Assembly: GCF_037042905.1 (NCBI RefSeq)
Contig: NC_087245.1
Coordinates: 24,864,001 to 24,928,000, forward strand
Reading direction: 5' to 3'
DNA length: 64,000 bases
Source: Lytechinus pictus
Taxonomy: Eukaryota
Position numbers and translations under genes: made by a program. How positions within the stretch are numbered: the first letter of the stretch is position 1; every line of letters begins with the position of its first letter. Shown here piece by piece: positions 1-12,589 of this stretch. The notes under the pieces are model-generated. The model searched no databases. It had not been told where the DNA came from and was given only the letters and a program-made list of their open reading frames with translations.

Positions 1-1192
1 AATAAACATGACAAAATACAGGCAAAAAATGTATGCAAAGATGTTATAAGAAAGGTAATTGGTATCCTTGGGAATTACGTTCATTTGATAATCAACTTTG
101 ACAGTTAGAATCAAATTTGTGAATTTAGATTTTGAAGATGAAACATATATTGCCTATTATTTGGTGGAAAGTGAGATAAGTGAGATATTCACTTTCACAA
201 ACTTTATTTTTAATTAGAACAAAATTAATTTCAAGAATTCAATTTATTTTGGGGCAAAGGCATAAGATGAATTTACAACCAGGACTGTACCAAATAATGA
301 AGCATTTATCCAGTTTAGATCAAAAGAACATAAAAAAGAAAGTAAATAAATAAATACTTATTCATTTCAATCACCACACAGCACAGGGGTTACTAACTGA
401 GGATAAGGTTAGGTTATGTCATAACCTTTTACTTTGGATAAGTGGTCTTGTCAGTTGTCACCAGAATTACAAAAGTCTAGAGCTAGTAATAGTAGTATCC
501 CCTTATATTCCTATCGCTACATAATTTTTTATAGCATTCTTAATAATTCTACCCTTTATGCCCTGTAAAAACATACCATGGTGTTCTTTGGATTTTATAC
601 CACTTACATTATAATCATGCCTTACATACTTGTACCTCGGTGCTCTCGAGATTAACATGCCTTATTTTATTTTCATATATGATACAGGCCAGGGTTATCC
701 TTATAGTTGCCACCGTGATGTAAAACTATTCCGAAGGCAAGTGAAATACCCAGGTAGGCCTAGTACAGTACTAGACCAAAAGCATCAGTCTCTGTATTTG
801 GTTGTTTCGCTGAACTGCGTTGGCTTCTCTCACTTAGTAAAATGTCAGAAATTGTTAAATAAATCCCCAGAAACGACGGTTATTCCTGTCTAGCCTAGTA
901 CCGATTTGGCTATAAACTCTTTGTTGTGTACTGGGTGAGTTCAATTCTCCCGAGGCATATTCGAACATCATTGACCACTAGGTCTATGATAACCCTAAAT
1001 GCTTTCATGGTGTCAGTACATGGACAAATGAGTTTAGTAATCCAGTTGGTTTGCATGTAGCTTCCTTTTTTTTATTATTTCATTTCTGCACTGCCAATAT
1101 TTTGCCCATTTTCTAGACCAAAAAGCTCCAATATCTGTACCATCTCAGATGTTGTAACTTCTGGAGGTTTCCATGGCGAAGAAGAATAGTGT

Positions 1193-1425
1193 AGCAGAAC
1201 AACATCTGAGATAGTGTAGTAGGTTTCATGGTATACCATGTATCTTTCTCGGGCAAATGTTGGTCCTGAAAAGGACCACCCAATCTCGACGTTTCAACAA
1301 GTGTGTTCTTATTGTCCTCAGGAGAATGATGAGATTGGGTGGTCCTTTTCAGGACCAACATTAGCCCAAGAAAGATGCATGGTGTACCGTGAAACCTACT
1401 GCACTATCTCAGATGTTGTTCTGCT
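1193..1425. repeat. long inverted repeat (95-bp arms, 43-nt loop); probable Penelope-like terminal remnant
   Basis: 1193-1287 (agcagaacaacatctgagatagtg...accacccaatctc) is the reverse complement of 1331-1425 with a few mismatches. Confidence 0.9.
1284..1325 (-). ncRNA. minimal type I hammerhead ribozyme-like motif
   Basis: The minus strand reads TCTC-CTGAGGA-C-AATAAG-aacaca-CTTGTT-GAAAC-GTC-GAGA. This gives the CUGANGA and GAAA boxes, a GUC cleavage triplet, stem I TCTC/GAGA, stem II AATAAG/CTTGTT and a near-absent palindromic stem III. Confidence 0.6.
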
Positions 1426-1727
1426 TTGATTGGCTCCACTTACTCTACTGGTATACATAGTAGTCCTGGTAGCACTACATACGATTAATTACAAATGTAT
1501 GAAGTTTTCAAATAAATCACCATAACTGACAACCTGTCTACCAATTTTCATGTTCTACACTTAACAAACCAGGGTTAGAAATGTAATCAATTGCATCCTA
1601 AGTTGATCTCTGTTGTCTCCATTCCAATTTTTACCAAAAAACAAGTCCAAATATGCTTACCAAGAATGCTTATAGCATTTCCATAGTCTTAGTTCTATTT
1701 ACTTATTTAGGATAGAAGAGCTCTGTT

Positions 1728-1820
1728 GTTTAAATACATTGCTCAAGGGATAGGTTTTGTGGCCGGGGATCGAACGCCAGACTTTTGTGTGTCTAGTTAG
1801 GCTCCTTAGACTATGCGGCC
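1728..1820 (-). mobile_element. degenerate tRNA-derived SINE head fragment
   Basis: Minus strand GGCCGCATAGTCTAAGG...GGCGTTCGATCCCCGGCC (A/B-box-like), followed by CCCTTGAGCAA, a motif common downstream of tRNA heads in metazoan SINEs. Confidence 0.45.
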
Positions 1821-4726
1821 AAAGTCTGATGTGCAAACCCTTCACTCGAGTTCAGGGTCTAAATGTGCAGCCTACTCATGCCTTGCATACTGAAAGCCCT
1901 CTTGCTCAGACAGCAAATTTTGTAAAAAGTGCTAGTTTTTGCGTGGAGACACACTTGTTGAACAAGTTTCAATCGGTTTGTGCCTGCTGACTAATGCGAC
2001 CATGGCACCTCCACACCCATTCAATGCCATATAAAGTTCATATTGGCATTAAAATGTATTTGCTTAATAAAACACCCTCTTTACATCTATCTAAATTAAC
2101 ACATGATCCAACTATATTATTATTACATGTACACTAAATACAAAATAAAAGAAACAAGAGGTAGAGAGTGAGAGATTGACCCTCATGTTATGCTGTTGCC
2201 ACCAATGAAAGTTCTGAACTTAAATTTGGAACTTCATGAGAGTCGAACTCATCCAACATTGCACAAAATGCGGTCAGAAGACAGGCGGACTGATACATGT
2301 ATGCAAGATTTAAAGGAAATAATATAGAAAGATTAATGGCACAATGTAGCCCTACGTGTATGTAATATAATCACATCTTATTACTATCATGATGGAAATC
2401 AAACAATCATACTTTCACAGCTTACAGGCTTATCCAGTAGCTCCTCTCATCCAAAACAGATCAATCGGCATCAATCAGGGCCTATTTTATTGTCCATAAT
2501 CAAATTTAAAAAAATCTACATGTAGATCTAACTTATAGATAAGTTTGGTGCATCAATGATTATCAAGTCAACTAAGCATGTATTGTCATTGGCTTTTGTA
2601 ATCACTTATCACACCATACATATCAACAGAGTAGAGGTCTACATGTACATGTATGCTACATTGGGCCTTTAAATTATAAAAGTTTCTTTGAAAAACTACA
2701 AAGAATTGATTTTAATTCCAAACCATTTCAAATGACTTGGCCTAGTGAGGAAATTTTTTGGTCCAGATACCCAACCCATCCGGACATGCAACTAGTGGTA
2801 TGATGGGGGCACTTATCCAATACTACAAGGTTGTGATAACATTGTCCGCAGTTAGTAACCTGTGTGGTGAACAAGATTGTCAACAAGATTGTCAATTTCC
2901 TCTTGATCCAGACTGGATAAATACTTGATTTTTTTTAACAGTCAATTTTTACTATACAGTTAATTCATCATAAAAAAAATGCCTTGGCACAAAACTAAAT
3001 TGAATTCTTGAAATTATTTTTTTTCTAATTAAAAAGAGATTAAAAAGAGAGTCTGTGAAGATGAAGATCTGCATCAATCTCAGATTCCACCAATAGAGGG
3101 CCTCACAAAAATATACTCAAAATTAAAGGTTTTACAGCGCTCGGGTGAATTGAAAAAAAAAATGATTTCTAAGTCTAGAATGAAAATAACTGAATGGATC
3201 TGAGTTTTTTTATTGTCACAAAAGTGATGTTTTAAAGATTTTTTGAGTGTGCATTGTACATGTATGTTGCATAGACTCAACACACACAGGGTGGTTGAAG
3301 AGTGTAAGTCGATGGGTTGCTTCCACTCTTCCCGAAATTCGAGAAATTTTTACTTTTTCCAGGAAAGGTTCTGGAAATGAAAAAAATTCCAGGAAATTCA
3401 GGGAAATCCGAAAATTGTTTATATAGGACCTTGATAAGCTTGTGTGTTGATGCCCTCTACGTTCGTTTGTAATTGGTATATGGGCTCTGAAAACCTCACA
3501 AATTACCAGTAATAAAACCTCCCCCCCCCCTATTTAACATAAACCGTTGCAGAAAACATCCTGTTATAACAATTCGCCAAATGATCCTGTATTTTTTTTT
3601 TAAGTTTTTTTTTCTATTAAATGTTCTTTTGACAGTGTAGTCCACGATCATAATGTAATGATGTAACTATTTTTCGCGATTAGTAAAAATGACAAAGGAA
3701 ATTAATGTGTTTTTGTCTAAGAATTGTATTATTTAAACCCTCAAATTACTATGACGTAAATGCATTTAGTTTTGATATCATTAAGATTGAATGACTTTAA
3801 TAATAACTTTTAAAGTTATTGCTCTCTTATTGTTCATTTTTCTTTTATTGTTCGTTGATGTTTGCAAGTTCCAGTGGAAGGGTTAAATTCAATTCATTTA
3901 GTCGTTTCAATTAAAAACATTGAAATATGTACATTTCTCATTTAAGAATCCTATTGTATATGAATTGAAGAAAAAATACCCCTAACACGAGTGTAACAAA
4001 AGAAAATAATAAGATAAACTATGACAATTAAAAAAATGGAAAAGGGCGCACCTGCAGAAAACTTATTGTAGCATTAATGTGTCCAAATATATAAGTAATT
4101 GCTGTTTGATGGCTCAAATTCGTTCTTCTTTTTATTTTAGATTTTAAGACATTTCTTCGAATTCCAGTGAATTCGACAGGAATAAAGATTACGAATCAGA
4201 ATCTTCGATACACCCATATGTGTGAGTATTCATTTTGTTTCTCGTAGTATCAGATAGATTAGAATTACTATCACCATGCACCATCTTTGCCATTATCATC
4301 ATCGTCGTCGTCATCACCTTCATCATTATCATGTCTATCCGTACCATCATCGCCTTGATCATCTTCTCTTTCATCATTACCTTCACATTTCAATTATGAA
4401 TATATCTCTATTCTGCGTTATGAACTCATTTTATCAAGTTCATTGAAATTCGTTTGAGGCTGTCATGTTTTCAAGCACATTTTGCGTTATTAATGACATT
4501 CCTTCTTTTTGCATTTAGACAAACCATGATTAATGCATATCGACTTTAACGTTTTGGTCGCATTTGCAAATATTTCTTTAGTTAATTTTTCACTATTTCT
4601 TAGATTTTCCCCCTTTTTTATTGCATATTATATTTTGAAACGTTTTGTGTCAAATAAATATGAATGCAGAAGAAAATAAAAACAAACGAACGACTTCGCT
4701 GATCACTGCGATAGTTTTTTTTTCTG

Positions 4727-4868
4727 CAGGGGCCACGGAAACGGGGGGGGACTGGGTTTTTTTTTTTCCAAAACTGTGTACAAAAACGTAAAAATGACCA
4801 TCTGATTGTGATTTTGTGCATGGTCAGCCCCCCCCCCCCCACTTTCAAAACCGTTCTGTGGCCCCCTG
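4727..4868. mobile_element. small MITE with CAGGGG termini
   Basis: Terminal inverted repeat CAGGGGCCACGGAA ... TTCTGTGGCCCCCTG; no clear TSD. Confidence 0.6.
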
Positions 4869-4967
4869 ATCTGTCCATCAATCCAATCTCCATCTCGGCT
4901 TCATCTCCCATCATACTCTCTCGACATTGTGCTCCTTACCGAACTCATCCCTTTTCCTGATTTCCAG

Positions 4968-5235
4968 CGGTTGAAGCCGACGGTGAGATAGTATTCCGCG
5001 GCGAGATGTTCATCCCTCCTCTGAACCAGCGATACAGCCACAGTGGTATGGTCATCAAGTATCTAGCTGATGCCTTCCACAACAGAGAGCACATCTGGGT
5101 ACTATCCGGTCCCACCACTGCTGTCTTGGATGTATCCGTGATCTTACTACACAATCCTAGATACCTTGGGAGTCGGGTCAAACCTGACATCACATGAGAA
5201 TACCACGCTCCTGTTTCTGAAACCGTCTTCTACTA
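4968..5235 (+). pseudogene. exon: C-terminal part of ADAMTS spacer domain, with in-frame TGA
   Basis: tttccag|CG acceptor, TA|gtaagt donor. VEADGEIVFRGEMFIPPLNQRYSHSGMVIKYLADAFHNREHIWVLSGPTTAVLDVSVILLHNPRYLGSRVKPDIT*EYHAPVSETVFY. The TGA falls where Trp (TGG) is plausible. Confidence 0.8.
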
Positions 5236-5792
5236 GTAAGTCGGTCTATTGATAGTAAGGAGTTCACGCACCGCGATGTAGAACAGATTCAAGAACATAG
5301 AAAATATATATTGTCAGATGACCTTAATGACAAACAGCAACCAAGAAGTCTTTGTTGAAAATTGTTGAAAAGTGGTGAATCAAAACAGCAATTTTCAACC
5401 TGGACTTTCTGGACAAATACGGATTTGCAATTTTTCGTCAGCTCCGAAATGTAAGACAAAAGTGCTGTTCTTGAATCCATTTTGCGTCTCGGTGCCGCGG
5501 AAACTCCGCAATCTTGCAATGTCAAACGCGTCGGTCGCAGTATCAACGCACAGATAAGATTAGTTTTGTCTCAAAGCTTCTGTTATAAAGCCTTGTTATC
5601 ATATTGATTCAGATGATCATGATTGCAGTTTTACGAGAAGAAACATAGTCCATGTTAATTTTGTATTACTATCGCTCCTAATTCTGTAAATAAATACAGT
5701 GAAATTTTCATTTGCCACTACTTATATTATATTGGGGTGTAGTTAGTTGACAATAATACTGATGACTTTAAATACGATTCTTTGTTATTTAG

Positions 5793-5871
5793 TTGGCAGC
5801 ATGAAACTGTCAGTGGGTGCTCAGTGACGTGCGGAGGAGGGATCAAAAGCAGACGAGTCTTTTGTGTTGAG
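5793..5871 (+). pseudogene. exon: TSP1 repeat, first half
   Basis: ttatttag|T ... GAG|gtgagt. (Y)WQHETVSGCSVTCGGGIKSRRVFCVE. The phase-2 start matches the previous exon. Confidence 0.9.
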
Positions 5872-6458
5872 GTGAGTATTTATGATTAATAGTCAGCAAA
5901 CGCGTAATATTTCATGTTTCTTTAAACTTTTGTATAGTGCTAGTTGTACAGATAACATAGAGGTTTCTGGTTCACCATTTTCTTAGTGCAGAAACGATCA
6001 GCTGGGATTGTGAAATGAAGATAAATGGATGAGAGAGAAGAGATAGAGATTGAGTAAATAACAACAGAGATGGTGTCCATATGAAAAAAATAAAATCTCA
6101 ATTGAAATTGGGTGTTAAAGACGGAATGACGGAATAAGCCTTGTGTTTTTCGTGCATAATATTATTTTAACAATAATTATAAAAAATTGTTTCTGGAGGG
6201 AAAATATGCCGAAAAATTTTCGCCGCGGCCGCAGGAACGGCAGCTGGGGTTATGTTTTATCAGCATTATTTGCTTTATTAAAATTGATTATGGGTAATTC
6301 AATATTAAATATTTTGACAATAAATAGGAAACGAAAATGGCAGTCTGCAAAATTTAATGCATTGTGCTTAATAACTTTCATTAAAATAACAAAAGTTTCG
6401 ACGTTCCTCCAGTAGTTTAAAGATACATGTATGTATATCTTCTTATCTGTGCAAACAG

Positions 6459-6587
6459 AATATTGGGGGTGTAGCAGCCGAAGTCAGTGATTTATTTTGT
6501 GACCCATCTAAGAGGCCCTCAGAGCATCGTAGCTGCTCCAATCAACCCTGCCCAGTACCTATATGGGTTGTTGGACAATGGAGTCTA
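6459..6587 (+). pseudogene. exon: end of TSP1 repeat 1 and start of TSP1 repeat 2
   Basis: aaacag|AAT ... CTA|gtaagt. NIGGVAAEVSDLFCDPSKRPSEHRSCSNQPCPVPIWVVGQWSL; 129 bp, phase 0/0. Confidence 0.9.
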
Positions 6588-7161
6588 GTAAGTTGATAAT
6601 ATATTCATATACACTTATTTTATAAAAAAAAAAATGATTTCAATATCGCTGCATAAATTCCAAAATTATTCAGAAAGAACGAACGGATATGACGATAAAT
6701 GAAGTTTTTAGTCAGAAGGCAGTTCAAAGACGGCAATGTGACTTATGGCCATGCGTCTTGAACTTGCCCCACAAAAAATGTGGTTTTGTTACGCTTTTTC
6801 AATTTTCATTCGGTTAAACATACAATATCTCAATTAAACGGATTGATATTGTTATGAAATAAGTATTTTTTAAAGCTAAATATATACTCTATCATGTCTG
6901 AAAAAATGAGCGCAATAGCACATGAATTCGCGACAGAGCGATTGATAGAACGAACAAGGCATAATCGATGTTGTCACCCGTCCCAGAAGCGGCTCAAACG
7001 TTTAATTTGAAATCTTTAGATTCAGTATTGAAATCATTGTGTTTCTGAAAAATTAATGACTTGTTGTCATTACTCGGTAATCTATTTGAATGAAATTCCA
7101 CTTGACACAGAAGAACAATCTCAATAATATAATGCGTTAAGTTCTTATGTTGCCCTGGCAG

Positions 7162-7324
7162 TGCTCAACGACATGTGACGTGGGAAGAAGAAAACGTGCG
7201 ATAGCGTGCCTCCTGAATACAACTGGGGAACCAGTGCCTGGATTGTGCGATCCGAACCTCCAACCTGCAACCGAAGAACAGTGTGTTGAGGCACCCTGTC
7301 CTAGACCTACATTGGATGATAATG
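7162..7324 (+). pseudogene. exon: TSP1 repeat 2
   Basis: ctggcag|TGC ... AAT G|gtatta. CSTTCDVGRRKRAIACLLNTTGEPVPGLCDPNLQPATEEQCVEAPCPRPTLDDN. Confidence 0.88.
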
Positions 7325-7876
7325 GTATTATCCTGTTCCGAACCTTGCATGTGATGGTCTTGTTATCTGTGAATGCATGCTTGCAGCTTTGAAAATGAAT
7401 TATAGCGTGAATAACAACTAACGCATGTATATTAACAATCATAATGAGAGATGAATGACCATAATGTTATCTTTTATAATCAAATGAAAATCACTTTTGA
7501 TAGCAGAAACAGAGTACGGCTTCATGAGCCGAATTATAAAGTAAAAGTTCATATCCAACCTAGATGAACATCTTTTGGTAAAGGCCCATTTATCTTGTGT
7601 CTTGGACCTTGTGAGTAAAAGAGCACATTGGTGATTGCCCATGCATATTGATTTAATCAGGCTTCTCTTTGAAAAGGAAAATTATGACAGAATCCGATTT
7701 AGTAGAAGATATTGGCCAATATTACAAAATTTGCAAAACCAGCCTTTCAGGTCAGTACATGATTTTGCATGTCATGCAATTTTAACAAAAATGAATTTTG
7801 ACGTGCTTTGTGTACTAATTGCATGCTGCCTATGTTTAACCAACGTACCTGCTTGATTTACTTTGTTGCTATCCAG

Positions 7877-8689
7877 TGACCATGTTAATACATTCTGCAA
7901 GCTCTTCAATGGACGCGAGTGACTCGATCACCCCATCAACATCCACCTCGCAGCTGACATCATATAAGACGACAGCGACGGCGACGTCGCATCATTCTAT
8001 ATCGCACAGCATGCCACAAACAGTAGACAATGAATTGTATGCAATAGATAGTGATTCATTTACATCCGAGTCTCTTTCTTATATTAGTGACGTCGGCATA
8101 TTTTCTACAGATGCAACCAGAAATTCTGAACCACCGAATAACCCATCAACGACTAGCAGTGAGGCCGAGACAACTGTTGGAGCTACGAACACGCATGCCA
8201 CTCTTTCTAGCAGTTTTCCAACCACGAGTTCAACATCCGATGGATCAAAAAAGATTACATCTCAAACAGACACTCGTTCATCCCCGACTACAACCGCAGT
8301 AAGAAAATTGATATCAAAGTAACTTTATCCAAGTCTTTTAGTACCATCCTCAACTATATCCAATAGAGATGCCATATCCTCTTCCTCTTCTCCGATATCA
8401 ACCACATCGCCATCCTTAGCGACATCATTGCCCACAACACCCATGCCCTCATCGCCGTCGCAATATCCATTGTCCCCGACATCATCATCGGCTTCGTCGG
8501 GATTATTGACTGCCCACTTACCTTTAAATGAATATTTACATGGTAACCAACTTCGTGACGTAATATATTCTTCAGATAGGGATGAAAATGTATTGGATGA
8601 ATCAGTTTTGCATCCCAAACTAGAAACCAACCATGCAACATCGCCTGCATCGGTAGTGGAACCAGCATCGTCATCAGTGTCTTTGCATG
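7877..8689 (+). pseudogene. large exon: Ser/Thr/Pro-rich mucin-like linker with in-frame TAA
   Basis: atccag|TG phase-1 acceptor. ORFs 7876-8322 and 8428-8778 are in the same frame and S/T/P-rich, separated by a single TAA (8320-8322). The 3' end is uncertain: the phase-1 position CAT G|ggaatg looks like a mutated gtaatg donor. Confidence 0.7.
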
Positions 8690-9494
8690 GGAATGTATCT
8701 TATATCTTTTTGCGAGTCATTGTAGTTGCATGGATCGTTTTAGTTCTGCAATCGTTACCTCTCTTGGAAATACACTGAAAAGACTATAATGCATGTTCAT
8801 TGTTACGAGTATAAACCAGTTCTAGCCACCCTTGCCTAGATTGATTAACTAGAAAAATATTTATAATAGTGGAATTATATATTTATGGACTTGATTGCCT
8901 TGCCTTCCCTTGCCAGAAGTCAGTTTATTGAAGAATAGCGATTCTACTGCATGATGCCTGTATACCATTTATCTTGAGTTTTGATGAATGAATGATTATC
9001 ACCTACCTCACACCACTACTCTCACCAAAGCATGGCTCTTTCTCATTCCTTATCACGTATGTATATACTGTGTCATCTTCATTCTATGATTAATCTATAA
9101 ATGTGCAGAATTTATCGCTAACATGTAAAGATGTGTCTATGAAAATGTTAATCAAGTTTCCCTTTAAATTTCATGAAACAATTGAATAGCACTACCTACC
9201 GTCTTACCCACAACGTTATACTGTATAAGTGATGGGAAAAAGTAAGCCATTGAAAGAGAAATTTAAATAACAATCGATAAGAATAGTAATCGTTTTATTG
9301 ATTATTGCTTTCCAAAGCGTTTTCAGAATTTTCAACAGAAATGATTTAAAAAAAGAAAATATAGTATAACTCAGAAAGCAAGCATTATAAAACAATTTTC
9401 ATTTTTAAAAACATACATCATATCATTATAAAAACACTTTAATAACGTGGATCTAAATTTGGATCTAAACATAATACTTCTGAATTTTCTACTA

Positions 9495-11272
9495 CAGTGC
9501 GTCCCAAAAAAAACTATACACTTTTGAAATGGCTGCCAAATAAAAAATGTACCACTTTGGGGGAAAAGACTTATAGATATGGAAAGCCTATACAGTCAAC
9601 TTTCAAATGACACCAAACAGTTGGAAAACTATTCATGCTTGAGCGAGCACTGCCCACTGAAACAAAGGGTATGAAAATTAGGGTGGGCTGGAATTAGCCT
9701 TCCAATTTCTTTCAGGTTTTTTTGTTTGGTACTTGCAAAGTTGATGGTTATTTGGTGAATTAAAGTTCAGTTGTGATCAGTTTATTGTTTGTGAAAATTT
9801 AATGCGTTATTAAATTGAAATTTAATGCATGAGTGATCATGAATTGGGTGCAGCATTTTGTCTTATCATGTGGATCTCAACAATGTGTTCACGACAGTCA
9901 GGAGAAGAGGGGGTAATATGACTTAGGTAGGTGAAGTACGTTGATGGGATAAAGGTCAACAGAACATTTAGCAACCCCTCTCTCAATCTCAACCCGCCCC
10001 GCTTCTCTCCTCCTGAGAGACTAAGCTCAGCTAGGCTGGGCAGGAATTAGCCTTACAGTTTTTTTGAGTGGTTAGTCCTTTGGAACTTGTTAAGCTAAAT
10101 TAATGAGTGAGATAAGTTTTGGTTTCTTAGGCAAATTTCATGAGTTACTAAATTGAAATTTAATGCATGAGTGAACAGGAATTGTAATTTTATTGTAGCA
10201 TATTCATCTTGTGAACCTCAGAAGTGTGTTCGTGAGAGTCAGAGTAATGTGATGGTACCCGTTACAAGCAAGAGGGCGAGATATGCTAAGACTTGGTTAA
10301 AAGGGCATTCCTCTTCTTTTTTTTCCTTTTACAAATTAAAAGTCATATGTACCCTCCCCTCTCCACCTCCATATCCCAGCCCCCCCCCCCTCTCTCTGTC
10401 TCACTTCCTGCATTGTAGCCTATTCAAAACTTGACTGCCAAGTGACCGGTGGCTGATGGTCAGTTTTTTTTTCAATGATTACCAAGAAATTTAATGATTA
10501 TGATGATTAATGAAATAATGTATTGAAAAAAACTGAATGTTTGATTGATCACATTGCACATTGAATAAGTTGATTTACTGATAAATTGTTGATTAAATGA
10601 TTGATAGGAAAAAGTTAATGTCCCAATTCAGAATTAATCATTAAATCAACATGCTGTTCTGGACTTCACGCGTACATGACAATAGCCATCAATCTCTAAA
10701 CAGGAGGGGAGGGCGGGAAAGAGGGAGGGGGCGGGGGCTGAATGTTCTGTTGAACCTTATTCCATCAACCTACTTCTCTCACTTAAGTCCTATCTCACCC
10801 CCTATTCTCCCGACTCCCATGAACACATTGCTGAGATCCACATGATAAAGTTGAAATGCTGCCCAAAAAGAGATCCAATTGATAAAGTTGAAATGCTGCC
10901 CAAAAAGTGTAATTTGTGTTCACTCATGCATTAAAGTTCAATTTGATAATTTATAAAATTTGCTTAAGCAACCAAAACTGGTCATGGTTGATCATTAATT
11001 TATCACATCGCCCTTAACTTTGCAAGTTCGAAAGGATTTGCCTCTCAAAAACTTACATAAATTGGAAGGCTAATTCCAGCCCACCCTAATTTTCATACCC
11101 TTTGTTTCAGTGGGCAGTGCTCGCTCAAGCATGAATAGTTTTCCAACTTTTTGGTGTCATTTGAAAGTTGACTTTATTGGCTTTCCATATATGTAAGTCT
11201 TTTTCCCAAAAGTGCTACATTTTTTATTTGGCAGCCATTTCAAAAGTGTATAGTTTTTTTTGGGACGCACTG
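9495..11272. mobile_element. non-autonomous Tc1/mariner-type DNA transposon in an intron
   Basis: TA|CAGTGCGTCCCAAAAAAAACTATACACTTTTG ... CAAAAGTGTATAGTTTTTTTTGGGACGCACTG|TA. About 210-bp near-perfect TIRs that continue as diverged inverted sequence; TA TSD; no transposase ORF. Confidence 0.9.
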
Positions 11273-11342
11273 TAGATCGGAACTCAATGTAAATGTAGTT
11301 TCTTGCATGGTAATTAATCCTCAATAATTCTTTCTCTTTCAG

Positions 11343-11501
11343 TTGATATAAGATGCAATGGTATGACGAGAAGAAAGAATGGATACATTGATCAGATAAG
11401 CAGATCTACTGGTGGTGACTCGTGTACTGCTGTGATTGTAGCTCCTGTTCATAAAGATCTTATTTTCACCATTAAACAGATGTATATTGACTGTGATGCA
11501 G
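11343..11501 (+). pseudogene. exon: CUB domain 1, first half
   Basis: tctctttcag|TT ... GCA G|gttagt. DIRCNGMTRRKNGYIDQISRSTGGDSCTAVIVAPVHKDLIFTIKQMYIDCDA resembles the divergent first CUB of vertebrate ADAMTS13 (C..G.ID..DC.V.I..P..C.AG); comparison from memory. Confidence 0.8.
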
Positions 11502-11742
11502 GTTAGTAACCCCTGTTATATTCAGTGATTTTAAACTTTTTTTTAAGTTTGTTATATAAATTTCATGTTAATTGTTTACAAATTAAAACGTGTCGCTTTT
11601 TATCACACGAATTTGCGGCTTTACCTGAAGATAATCTTTTTGACTTATTTTTTGTTTGCATTTCACCTTAATTTTCTTGGTTCACAGTCATAACGTTCAT
11701 TCATCTTAATTTTTTTTCCTCTGGTTTTCGAAATGCAACATG

Positions 11743-11820
11743 CCATTATTATCATTCTCATTATTATTATTATTTATATTATTATTATTATTTATATTGA
11801 TATTATTATTATTATTATTA

Positions 11821-11859
<39 letters not shown>

Positions 11860-11950
11860 ATCATCATCATCATTGATATTATTATCATTATTATCATTAT
11901 CATCATCATCATCATCGTCATCATTATTACTATTACTATTAAATATTATT
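11743..11950. repeat. (ATT)n/(ATC)n microsatellite
   Basis: Direct reading; explains the poly-N, poly-L and poly-I ORFs. Confidence 0.95.
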
Positions 11951-12418
11951 GTTCTTATCTCCTCTTTCATATGTTCTCTTCAGTTTGTCATGTATTTCCG
12001 TTGTTACGTCTCCTTTCTATTTTGAAGGATATTTAACCCGATAAGGGACAGAAGCTTGGCATCTTTTTACTTTATCCTTTACCATTTTCTTTCTTTCTGT
12101 TACCTCATATTTCTACTGAAATCATATGCATATTCCCAGTTATTTTTATGTCATTATTTCACGAAGCCATAATTCATATATCTGCTATATAAGTCAATAG
12201 ATATTAGCATGTGAAATAAAATACACTGAATTCTTTAAAAGTCTGAATTAAAAGCGGAATGATAATTTATTTCCTGATACACTAAAAATGGGAAACGTGT
12301 GCTTATTGGTGACTTAAAGGTACAGATCATAGTCTTGTCTTGCTATTATAAAGGCTTACAAGTCAACTGAATAGTCTTTGTTATTTTGTTTCTTTTTTTC
12401 AATTTCATTTCTTTCCAT

Positions 12419-12589
12419 GTGAATCATTAGAAATAAGAATAGGGGAGGAGAGAAGGAGATTTTGTGGTAAACAATACCAAGTTACTATGAAAACAGAGAG
12501 TAATGTGATAGCGATAGAACATAAAACACATAAACAAGGACATGGATATCAACTTCTTTATCATTCAAGAAAGAGTCGACATAAAAATG
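12419..12589 (+). pseudogene. exon: CUB domain 1, second half
   Basis: The polypyrimidine tract ends ctttccat|GT instead of cag; an in-frame alternative AG lies at 12429-12430. Donor AAT G|gtaagt. (G)ESLEIRIGEERRRFCGKQYQVTMKTESNVIAIEHKTHKQGHGYQLLYHSRKSRHKN. Confidence 0.78.

Noticed and set aside
2180..2292. Possible minus-strand exon
   Set aside because: All three frames contain stops and the splice signals are weak; unsupported.
5195..5197. In-frame TGA as selenocysteine or readthrough
   Set aside because: The position fits an aromatic residue (Trp), the gene has other independent lesions, and no SECIS was recognised.
8325..8674. Minus-strand acidic ORFs
   Set aside because: Antisense shadow of the Ser/Thr-rich exon.
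11706..12036. Poly-Asn and poly-Leu/Ile ORFs
   Set aside because: Translation of an (ATT)n microsatellite.
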